A stretch of DNA of 63,109 nt, the filler included, from Octopus bimaculoides (lineage: Eukaryota): the NCBI RefSeq assembly GCF_001194135.2. It is 6 parts of 6 records of this genome, joined end to end, with 100 filler letters (N's around TTAATTAATTAA, not from the genome) between each part and the next. Parts side by side here need not be neighbours in the genome. Positions count along the whole stretch, not along the records: positions 38,207 to 50,789 come from NC_069004.1; positions 50,890 to 55,615 come from NC_068992.1; positions 55,716 to 58,606 come from NC_068984.1; positions 58,707 to 63,109 come from NC_068990.1; 2 more parts are not named here. One strand, written 5' to 3'. The position numbers were made by a program, and so were the translations under genes. Under the pieces are notes generated by a model. The model searched no databases. It was not told the origin of the DNA and saw only the letters and a program-made list of their open reading frames with translations. Below are positions 50,291 through 61,485 of the stretch, piece by piece (position 1 is the first letter of the stretch; each line of letters starts with the position of its first letter).

Positions 50291-50648
50291 TTTATTTATA
50301 TTCTTATAAAATTAAATGGTAAAATGAAAAATGAAATGAAATGTTGAATGTCTTATTGAATATATGAAATATTGAGTATTAAATATAAAAAATCAAATAT
50401 ATAAAGAAAATCAAATATATAAAGAAAATCAAATATATAAAGGCGAGTACGTACTTTCATGCCTATTGGCATTCATCAGGCCTCATCTGACAGGCATGAG
50501 AGTACGTACTCGCCTTTATATATTTGATTTTCTTTATATATTTGATTTTCTATATTTAATACTCAATATTTCATATATTCAATAAGACATTCAACACTTC
50601 ATTTCATTTTTCATTTTACCATTTAATTATATAAGACTATAAATAAAA
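50291..50648. repeat. foldback: ~160-170-bp inverted arms (50291-50464, 50492-50648) with a 27-nt spacer
   Basis: Arms differ by about 4 substitutions, one small indel and one extra 18-bp unit (aaaatcaaatatataaag x3 vs x2). Confidence 0.95.
50440..50484 (-). ncRNA. canonical type I hammerhead ribozyme
   Basis: Minus strand gaggc CTGATGA atgcc aata ggcat GAAA gtacgtac TC gcctt: stem I aggc/gcct plus G.U, 5-bp stem II with a tetraloop, palindromic stem III agtacgtact, and a CUC cleavage site (between 50445 and 50444). Confidence 0.8.
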
Positions 50649-50833
50649 CATTAAAAAACCGACAGAGTTGGAACTCTTTTAAATAATATATTTCTCTATA
50701 CACGATCATACTAAACCGTTTTTTTGTATATATTTTTAAATTTTTTATTTTGTATATTTATTTTTATTCACACACACACACACACACACNNNNNNNNNNN
50801 NNNNNNNNNNNNNNNNNNNNNNNNNNNNNNNNN

Positions 50834-50845
50834 TTAATTAATTAA
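50834..50845. other. artificial assembly linker TTAATTAATTAA
   Basis: 44 N on each side. Confidence 0.95.
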
Positions 50846-51468
50846 NNNNNNNNNNNNNNNNNNNNNNNNNNNNNNNNNNNNNNNNNNNNTGTAAACGAAT
50901 ATGTATGTATGTATGTACGTATGTATGTATGTATGTATGTATGTATGTATGTATGTATGTATGTATGTATGTATATATGTATGTATGTATGTATGTACAT
51001 ATGCTTGTATGTATGTATCGATATATGTATGTGTGTATATGTATAGATGCATGTATGTGTGTGTATGTGTGTATGTATATATGTCTATGCATTGGTGTAT
51101 GTATGTATGTATGTATGTATGTGCGTGAGTCTATGTGTATGTATATATGCATGTATAGACATGTGCGTGTATGTATGTATGTATGTATGCGTGTATATAT
51201 GTGCGTGTATGTATGTCTGCGTGTATATATGTGTGTGTATGCATGCATGTATATATATATATATGTGTGCGTATATATATATGCATGTATAGATATGTGA
51301 GTGTATGTATGAATGTATGCATGCGTATCTGTAGGTATGTATGCATGTATGTATGCGTGCGTGTGTGTAGTCTAATATAAATGTATGCATTTATATAAGC
51401 ATTTATATGTGCCTAAATATATATGCATATACGTATACATGCATATATACACACGTGTATATATGTGT

Positions 51469-51517
<49 letters not shown>

Positions 51518-51642
51518 TAGTTTTAGGGAAAATAACCAATTTTCAAGAATTAATTGAGTTTTTTACCTGTAATTTTGGATTTTGTCCCTAATATATNNNN
51601 NNNNNNNNNNNNNNNNNNNNNNNNNNNNNNNNNNNNNNNNNN

Positions 51643-51700
<58 letters not shown>

Positions 51701-52135
51701 GAAGCTGAGTCTGTGTGAGTTACTTTTACCTCTCCGATTCATGAATCCTTTACACTCGTCTATGTTAAAAATAAACACGAGTAATATCTTCGCTGTGACT
51801 CAGTTTTGCAGAATAAAATATTCTCCTACATTTATTTAACCGTGTGAAATACTTTCAGAGAATTATGTTAACACGTTGATGACATGCATACAAACGTGCA
51901 TACACACAAGCATACACATGTAAGTATACACGCACACACGCACACACGCACACAAACATACACACACAGACATACATAGTTACACCCACATATATACATA
52001 CACATATTCTCTGTACCTCATTCACTCTATATATGAACACATATATCTATGTTTGTGTGTACATAAGTAAGTGTGTGCTCTTGCGCCTGCGCGTGTGCTT
52101 TTGTGACTAACTAACTAACTAACTAACTAACTATC

Positions 52136-52205
<70 letters not shown>

Positions 52206-52659
52206 AATATAAGATCAGGGATCGAGGTGTAGGAAGAAAGTTAGCTTCACGCAATCCGTAGTAAATAAAAAACTACTTTCAGGGACAATAGTGTTCTATT
52301 GAGACAGAAAGTTGTGGATTTTTTCGTATATATATATCTGTTTCAACATCTGTTTCAACACACGATTTCACATAAAAAATCTTGCAAAACAAATATATNN
52401 NNNNNNNNNNNNNNNNNNNNNNNNNNNNNNNNNNNNNNNNNNNNNNNNNNNNNNNNNNNNNNNNNNNNNNNNNNNNNNNNNNNNNNNNNNNNNNNNNNNN
52501 NNNNNNNNNNNNNNNNNNNNNNNNNNNNNNNNNNNNNNNNNNNNNNNNNNNNNNNNNNNNNNNNNNNNNNNNNNNNNNNNNNNNNNNNNNNNNNNNNNNN
52601 NNNNNNNNNNNNNNNNNNNNNNNNNNNNNNNNNNNNNNNNNNNNNNNNNNNNNNNNGTG

Positions 52660-52870
52660 TGTGCGTGTTCGCGCGCGCGTTTGTATGTGTGTGTGTATGT
52701 GTTTTTGTGTCCGTGTTTGTCCGCCCAACATCGCTTGACAACCGATGCTAGTGTGTTTACATCCTCGTAACTTAGCGGTTCGTCAAAAGAGACCGATAGA
52801 ATAAGTACTAGGCTTCCAAAGAATAAGTCCTGGGGTCGATTTGCTCGACTGAAACAGGTAAAAGAGTAAA
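52660..52870 (+). mobile_element. SINE family C 3' part
   Basis: (TG)n..catcgcttgacaaccgatgctagtgtgtttac..gaccgatagaataagtactaggcttccaaagaataagtcctggggtcgatttgctcgact. Confidence 0.85.
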
Positions 52871-52945
52871 AGAGTATCGAAGTACGATAATCTGAACAAG
52901 TTTTTTTCATATTTCACGGTAGGCAACTGCGTGAGTGAATACGAA

Positions 52946-53334
52946 TACATGAGTTAAGGAATGGAGTGGATAACACCCGGGCTACGTATTTTTCATAGCG
53001 AGCGGAGCTTCAGAAGTGGTGAATATTCAATCGAAGTATATATTGCAGGGTAACCTTCAGGCCAAGAAAATCTTAAGTCGAAGCTTACATTGTCGAAGCT
53101 TATATGGAAAAATCAACGCATGGAAGAATCAACCAGAATGTCACTCTGGTTGAATCTTCCATGTGTTAACATGTACCTCCTTGCGACAATGTAAGCTTTC
53201 ATTTAATCAAGATATCCTTGGCCTGAAGGATATCCTGTGGTATACACCTCGATTGGATATTTAGTATTTCTGAGGTTCACTCGCTATGAAACGTATATAG
53301 CCCCTATGTTATCTAACACCATTCCTTAACTCAT

Positions 53335-53337
<3 letters not shown>
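52946..53337. mobile_element. ~390-bp palindromic (long-TIR) MITE with TA ends
   Basis: Perfect 19-bp terminal IR tacatgagttaaggaatgg/ccattccttaactcatgta; internal paired blocks tcatagcgag, ccttcaggccaag and gcttacattgtcg; central 19-bp hairpin with 1 mismatch at 53119-53163. Confidence 0.85.
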
Positions 53338-53372
<35 letters not shown>

Positions 53373-53673
53373 ATGTACACAAAGTAAGAAATGGCAGAAA
53401 TATTGTGAGAAAGTGGAGAGAGAGCGAGAGGTATCTGTATGCGGGAGTGCGATAGGTTGATGACGAGGAAAAGTCTGCTCGTTCGTGAGTGCAAAATAAT
53501 TTAAATTCATAATTTGAAAATTACGTAAGTTGGAGGGAAACTAAGACAGAAGAAATTACTTTAGATAATTATCCTGTGAACAACCGCAATTAATTTTGTC
53601 CACACACTCATTAAATACGCGCACCCGTTTAATCAGGTGACTGTGTGAGTGGGTGTTTCTATGTACATGTTTT

Positions 53674-54014
53674 TGTTGTTGGCACTCCGTCGCTTACGAC
53701 GTCGAGGGTTCCAGTTGATCCGATCAACGGAACAGCCTGCTCGTGAAATTAACGTGCAAGTGGCTGAGCACTTCACAGACACGTGTACCCTTAACGTAGT
53801 TCTCGGGGATATTCAGCGTGACACAGTGTGACAAGGCTGGCTCTTTGAAATACAGGTACAACAGAAACAGGAAGAAAGAGTGAGAGAAAGTTGTGGTGAA
53901 AGAGTACAGCAGGGTTCGCCAGCATCCCCTGCCGGAGCCTCGTGGAGCTTTAAGTGTTTTCGCTCAATAAACGCTCACAACGCCCAGTCTGGGAATCGAA
54001 ACCGCGATCCTATG
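53674..54014 (-). mobile_element. SINE family B running into a gap
   Basis: Highly similar to 10968-11349. Confidence 0.95.
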
Positions 54015-54389
54015 NNNNNNNNNNNNNNNNNNNNNNNNNNNNNNNNNNNNNNNNNNNNNNNNNNNNNNNNNNNNNNNNNNNNNNNNNNNNNNNNNNNNNN
54101 NNNNNNNNNNNNNNNNNNNNNNNNNNNNNNNNNNNNNNNNNNNNNNNNNNNNNNNNNNNNNNNNNNNNNNNNNNNNNNNNNNNNNNNNNNNNNNNNNNNN
54201 NNNNNNNNNNNNNNNNNNNNNNNNNNNNNNNNNNNNNNNNNNNNNNNNNNNNNNNNNNNNNNNNNNNNNNNNATACTTATTCGATCGGGTTCCTAAGCTG
54301 AACTGCTAACTTACAAGGACGTAAACGCACTAACATCGGTTGCCAAGCGATAGTAGTGGTGGTGGGCAAAAAATGACATATATATATAT

Positions 54390-54530
54390 ACAGTAGCTTG
54401 CTTACCAACCACATGGTTCTAGGTTCAGTTCCACTGCGTGGCACCTTGGGAAAATGTCTTCTACTATAGCCTCACGCCGGCCAAAGTCTTGTGAGTGGAT
54501 TTGGTAGACGGAAACTGAAGGAAGCCCTTC

Positions 54531-54562
<32 letters not shown>

Positions 54563-54740
54563 TTGTGTGTCTGTGTTTGTACTCCCACCATCGCTTGACA
54601 GCTGATGCTGGTGAGTTTGCCTCCCCGTAACTTAGTGGTTCCGCAAAAGAGACCGGTAGAATAAGTACTAGGCTTACAAAGAATAAGTCTTGGGGTCGAT
54701 TTGTTCGCCTAAAGGCTGAAACAAATAAAAGAGGCAAAAA
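54390..54740 (+). mobile_element. near full-length SINE family C
   Basis: gtagcttgcttaccaaccacatggttctaggttcagttccactgcgtggcaccttggg..gaagccc-(TA)n(TG)n-..gaataagtactaggcttacaaagaataag. Confidence 0.9.
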
Positions 54741-54790
54741 GAATAAAAGAATATGCGTGGGGGGCTGTATGTGTATATATNNNNNNNNNN

Positions 54791-54830
<40 letters not shown>

Positions 54831-55659
54831 CATACACACAAACACATATGCACATATACGTATATATATATGTATGTATGTATGAATTTATGAATATGAA
54901 TGCACACAAATATCAAGCCAGTTTTATCGTTCGACTTCAAGAAGATACAAAATAATAGTATTTTCTAAGAAAGTGATATATTAATAATAAAATTGACATT
55001 AACAATAATAACAGTAATAATAGCAACAACACCAACAAAAAACAATAACAAGAACAACAGCAATATCAACAGTAGCAGACAATAACTTTGCAAAGAAAAA
55101 AGAAACAATCTCAAAGAAGAAATTACTTTATAAAGATATTTGTTACTGAAAGTAATTCGTGTAAAATATTATAAAATTGTGCTTAGGAGAAGAATACTAT
55201 TATCGTACTATCTATACTTAACACTCAGTCTCGGCTCACATACACACACACACAGACAGACATTCTCGTGAATATATGAATAAAAGACACATACAGTCGC
55301 CACCCAACATAAATAGCACATACATGAACACGCACGCGCACACACACATACATGATAGGTCTGTCTGGGAAACTTTATCTTGATATTGCGTATGCATAAT
55401 GTTATGTGCAACACGCACATGTAGTTGGTTATGTAAATATATATATACATCCTTGTTTGTTTGTGCATACTCCTTGTTATATATATGTGTACGTACGTGC
55501 GTGCTTCAATGTGTATTCATTTCCTATTTAGATGTACATATACATACACACATTACATACACGCAAATGTACATGTGTGTGAGTGTGTGTATGTATGTAT
55601 TATATATATATATATNNNNNNNNNNNNNNNNNNNNNNNNNNNNNNNNNNNNNNNNNNNN

Positions 55660-55671
55660 TTAATTAATTAA
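55660..55671. other. artificial assembly linker TTAATTAATTAA
   Basis: 44 N on each side. Confidence 0.95.
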
Positions 55672-55715
55672 NNNNNNNNNNNNNNNNNNNNNNNNNNNNN
55701 NNNNNNNNNNNNNNN

Positions 55716-55785
<70 letters not shown>

Positions 55786-56559
55786 ACAGAGACAGAAACA
55801 GAGCAATAAAGATATACACATACATCTACAACATACATTAATTCATGTGATGTTGGCTCTTATCTGTTTATTTAGCATGAAACACAATATATAGAGCAAC
55901 AGTGAATAACATGTTAACACGATTTGTTTCTACGTCTACTGTGTATATTTTTATTAATTCCTGCATTTGATCACCAATCTTCGCTTTCTTTCACCGGATT
56001 TCGGACCGCTGCAATGTTTGCCTTTAAAGGTGTTAATAGCTATGCTACAGAAAAGGTATGGCAAGCAACATTGATCAAATGCCATTCCATTTTGATCTAA
56101 TTATCTACGATTACAGATCTCTCTTTCATTTAGATCTAATTACTTTGTGAATTATAGGAGTTTAGCTGAAGCAGTTGGTATCTCTCAATTGCAGTGACTT
56201 CATATTAAGAGAAGAGTGAAGAGAGAAAAATGAAACTGTTTTTACGCCTTGGTAACAAACTTCCGTTAACTGAGTTCTTGATTGGCGCAAAGAACAGGAT
56301 ATTAAAAATAATATGAGACATATGAATTCAAAAACATCGTCTTCAGTGACCATGGTTTTATTATACCAGCGAATTACATTTAGTAACATATTTCTAACTA
56401 CCCAGTTTATAGGTCCTGAGGGTATGATACATACACACATATGTACGCATGTATGTATGTATTATGTATGTATGTATGTATGTATGTATGTATGTATGTA
56501 TGTGTGAGTGTGTGTATATGTGTGTGTTTGTATATTTAGCTATCAGTTTCAGGCAATAA

Positions 56560-56870
56560 GCAGAAAAGATAACTACACGGGAGGAACGAGTTTTAGCAAA
56601 TGTATTAGTTTAACGCTTATAAAGATGGAAAAGTATCTTGACGTTTCGGACGTTTATCCTTCATCAGAAAAAAAAAACAATGAGAAAATGTGTGGTGGTG
56701 AAAATGAAAAAGGAGAAAAAAGTGATCAGAAGAAAGGATTAGGGGCCAAGTGAGAATGCGGTCCAACGGGGAGTTGGAGGAGGAGGAGGAGGCAGGCAGA
56801 AGTCTGGATTATAAAAGGGTATCTATGCGGAGAGATAAGCATACGGGCAGATGTGTGTGGTGGGGGCATA
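56560..56870 (-). mobile_element. probable Penelope-like terminal-repeat relic
   Basis: A C/T-rich tract precedes the hammerhead motif on the minus strand. No RT or GIY-YIG coding sequence is seen, so the call is inferred from the HHR architecture. Confidence 0.4.
56636..56671 (-). ncRNA. minimal Penelope-type hammerhead motif
   Basis: Minus strand tttt CTGATGA a gga taaacg tcc GAAAC GTC aaga: intact core, 3-bp stem II, loop-less palindromic stem III (acgt), weak stem I. Confidence 0.65.
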
Positions 56871-57603
56871 TTTTTTCATTGCATCGTAAAGACAATAAGT
56901 AAAGACATAAATGCTTCTCAAACCGACAAATTAAAAGACCCTTAAAAAATTATTAAAGAAATTAGTTTGCACACCTCGTTACTAATGATGAGGGGGACAA
57001 AACAATGTATGCATCTATATAGGCTTCTGCATTTATCGTGGCGTTGGGAAAATTTTAGGGTTTAAAATCATTATAATGTTATTAAAAATAACAATGTTTT
57101 CCCTCTTTCCAATTTTCACTCTCTACTTCCGGTATTCGAGGCCTGCATGTCATGATGAGAAACATTGCTTCGTTTCAGGTAAGAAATAAATTGAGGATTT
57201 CACTGCTGAGATGTACACAGGTAGATAGACAGACTGAGAGGTAAACAAATAGATCGATAGAAAGATAGATACCTACGCAGAAACATACATACATACGTGC
57301 ATTGACATATATACAGACATATTTATACATGTACACACATACATGCGCAGATACACACACACGCATACACATCTTGGATTATTTATTGTTCAGTTACACT
57401 ATATAACTTTATATACTCACACACACAAATATACTCACAAACATAGAAATATATTCATATATATTCATAAATATATACACACGCACTTATATACATACAT
57501 ATATGCATACGCATGTGAATATGTATCTATGTCTATATAAATATATAAATATATATGTATATATATATGTATATATATGTATATATATGTATATATATAT
57601 GTG

Positions 57604-57641
<38 letters not shown>

Positions 57642-57697
57642 CGTATATGTATCTATGTGTATATATATGTATTTGTATATATATATATATATATATC

Positions 57698-57729
<32 letters not shown>

Positions 57730-58221
57730 AGTATATATATACATACATACACTCACATGTATATATTTATATATATATATAAACACACATACACACACTC
57801 ATAAATGCACAAATGCTCACATACACACACATATAAGTGGAAGCGAAGGAGAGGGAAAAACTATAAAAAAATTATTCGATATATGTATACATAATCTTGC
57901 AGACATCAAGTAACATATAAAACGAAATGTTATCTTTGTCTCTTGTGCATATAGCATACACACCGTTCAACATTGCTCATCATATATATATAACACATAC
58001 GCACACACAACCACACAAACATAATCACATGCACACACACACACACACACACACACGTGTATACACATGCAGACGTAGACAAAAGACGTCTTTTCTCTCT
58101 GNNNNNNNNNNTTATACATGTTTTTTTTTTTTTTTGAGAAATGTCTTGAAATAGCAAACGGCATATGTGATTCTTGATACTAACATTTTAACCATCGTTT
58201 AATCGATTAACGATCACTCAC

Positions 58222-58227
58222 CGCCAT
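58222..58227 (-). CDS. candidate initial micro-exon ATG GCG | GTGAGT
   Basis: Minus strand caatATGGCG followed immediately by a consensus donor. No downstream exon could be linked. Confidence 0.2.
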
Positions 58228-58329
58228 ATTGAACTTAATTAACCTTTGAAACTTGGTCATAAAGTACAATTTTCACTTGAAAATCTTTACACACAAACAC
58301 ACACAACACACTCATATATTCACACAAGC

Positions 58330-58367
<38 letters not shown>

Positions 58368-58650
58368 CAATGCATGTATGTATATATTTTCGCTGTTTTC
58401 GCTATATATCGCTATTTAGGTTATTGCATCTTGCCTGCCTCTCTACATTCAATCATTAAATCTGTCTCTTTGAAAATTTCATTTATTTATTTAGAATTTT
58501 TTTTTTTTATTTTATCGTATTATTTTTTTTTTTGTAGTTTACATTTATATTTCGTTTTAACTTTGCTGCACATAATTTCTGTTTTTTTTTTCTTTTAATT
58601 GCCTTCNNNNNNNNNNNNNNNNNNNNNNNNNNNNNNNNNNNNNNNNNNNN

Positions 58651-58662
58651 TTAATTAATTAA
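58651..58662. other. artificial assembly linker TTAATTAATTAA
   Basis: 44 N on each side. Confidence 0.95.
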
Positions 58663-58706
58663 NNNNNNNNNNNNNNNNNNNNNNNNNNNNNNNNNNNNNN
58701 NNNNNN

Positions 58707-58737
<31 letters not shown>

Positions 58738-58853
58738 GTAGGCGCACACACACGTACGCACACACACAAATAGATATATGTATGGGCTAGTGTGTGCTCG
58801 TGTGTGTGCATGCATACAGAGATATATAAACATATACATTTCTATGTGTATAA

Positions 58854-58895
<42 letters not shown>

Positions 58896-58980
58896 GCGCG
58901 CGCGTGTATATATACACACACACATTCACATATATATATAAATACATACACACACATATGCTTGTGTGTGTGTGTATATT

Positions 58981-59012
<32 letters not shown>

Positions 59013-59790
59013 TNNNNNNNNNNNNNNNNNNNNNNNNNNNNNNNNNNNNNNNNNNNNNNNNNNNNNNNNNNNNNNNNNNNNNNNNNNNNNNNNNNNNNNN
59101 NNNNNNNNNNNNNNNNNNNNNNNNNNNNNNNNNNNNNNNNNNNNNNNNNNNNNNNNNNNNNNNNNNNNNNNNNNNNNNNNNNNNNNNNNNNNNNNNNNNN
59201 NNNNNNNNNNNNNNNNNNNNNNNNNNNNNNNNNNNNNNNNNNNNNNNNNNNNNNNNNNNNNNNNNNNNNNNNNNNNNNNNNNNNNNNNNNNNNNNNNNNN
59301 NNNNNNNNNNNNNNNNNNNNNNNNNNNNNNNNNNNNNNNNNNNNNNNNNNNNNNNNNNNNNNNNNNNNNNNNNNNNNNNNNNNNNNNNNNNNNNNNNNNN
59401 NNNNNNNNNNNNNNNNNNNNNNNNNNNNNNNNNNNNNNNNNNNNNNNNNNNNNNNNNNNNNNNNNNNNNNNNNNNNNNNNNNNNNNNNNNNNNNNNNNNN
59501 NNNNNNNNNNNNNNNNNNNNNNNNNNNNNNNNNNNNNNNNNNNNNNNNNNNNNNNNNNNNNNNNNNNNNNNNNNNNNNNNNNNNNNNNNNNNNNNNNNNN
59601 NNNNNNNNNNNNNNNNNNNNNNNNNNNNNNNNNNNNNNNNNNNNNNNNNNNNNNNNNNNNNNNNNNNNNNNNNNNNNNNNNNNNNNNNNNNNNNNNNNNN
59701 NNNNNNNNNNNNNNNNNNNNNNNNNNNNNNNNNNNNNNNNNNNNNNNNNNNNNNNNNNNNNNNNNNNNNNNNNNNNNNNNNATCTATCTA

Positions 59791-59814
<24 letters not shown>

Positions 59815-59823
<9 letters not shown>

Positions 59824-59968
59824 GATGGGCTTCTTTCAGTTTCCGTCTACCAAATGCACTCACAAGGCTTTGGTTGGCCCGCGGCTATAGTAGAAGACAC
59901 TTGCCCAAGGTGCCACGCAGTGGGACAGAACACGGAACCATGTGGTTCGTAAGCAAGCTACTTACCAT
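59815..59968 (-). mobile_element. SINE family C 5' part; its internal (TA)n runs into the gap
   Basis: gggcttctttcagtttccgtctaccaaat..gacacttgcccaaggtgccacgcagtggga..accatgtggttcgtaagcaagctacttacc. Confidence 0.9.
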
Positions 59969-60021
59969 ATACATACATGCATGCATACATCAGTTCATGT
60001 ATACGTACATACATGCATACA

Positions 60022-60054
<33 letters not shown>

Positions 60055-60741
60055 CTGCTTATTTATTTATTCGACAGTAAATTTACATTAGCGACTGAAA
60101 TGTCGAGAGTTTCACACACAGAACTCGTCAAAACACACACACGTGCGCGCACGCAGACACATACAGAGACATACATGCACGCACATATATCTATGTATGG
60201 GTGTCGTCTATATAAAGGCTTACGTGTGCCCGAGTTATACACTTACATAGTCTCATACAAATACGAGCACGTATTTACACATCATAATTCAGGCGTGTGC
60301 GCTCACAATCGCATTCACTAATATGTACATATACATGCATACACATATGTGTCTGTGTATATGTGTGTATATTATACATATATATAGAAAGATAGATAGA
60401 TAGATAGATAGAATTAGATATAGATATGGTTACGTATATATAAATATTCATAATAGATACGAATACGTATGTATGTATGTATGTATGTATGTATGTATGT
60501 ATGTATGTATGTCTATTTGTCTTTCTTATCTATCTTATCTATCTGTCTGTCTGTCGGTCTGTCCTTGTATCTGTCTACCTATGTACTGGAACAGAAAAGG
60601 AAAAAAAAAAGAAGAAAAAAACACTCATAGCGGCATTGCTTGCGTAACAGAACACGTATACAATCATAGCATCATGTAAATAGGCACACGCGTGCCTGCG
60701 AACACATACATACACCCACAGATACTCAAATACACACACAC

Positions 60742-60835
<94 letters not shown>

Positions 60836-61450
60836 ACACATGCATAAAGACATGTATACTCATACACACCGGCGTACCTATACGCGTGGATAAACATATA
60901 AACATAAACAAGAAATAAACATCTTAGCTAAAACTTAAACACGTATGTATAATCAGTGTACGCCAAAGCGACAAGGATGAGTTACCTAGTCAAAGAATAA
61001 ATAACGACTACAGAGATCCCCATCGAATCACACCTAATAAAAAGAAACGGTAAGAGTAATAAATACATAGATATAGAAAAGAGATGGGATGGCCGCAGTG
61101 AAATGAAAACAACTTTTATACAAACGGAAGCGCTCAAATAAACGCAAATATACGTACATGTATGGAGTACAAAAACTACAACTCACCTCACATAAGAACA
61201 CACACACACATTCATGCAAACTTATATAAGTTTACTCACAGAAACACATATATAGATATATCTTCATATACATATTTATTATAAGCAACTAACGTATATG
61301 CATGTACGTACGGGTATGCGCATGTATGCATGTATGTATCTATCTATCCCAGACTAACAAAATTATTCACGCTAACAAATATACACATACAACTTGTCAC
61401 TTAATTCACATGGATATGCGATTCTATACGCACAAATATGTGCGTGTGTC

Positions 61451-61485
<35 letters not shown>

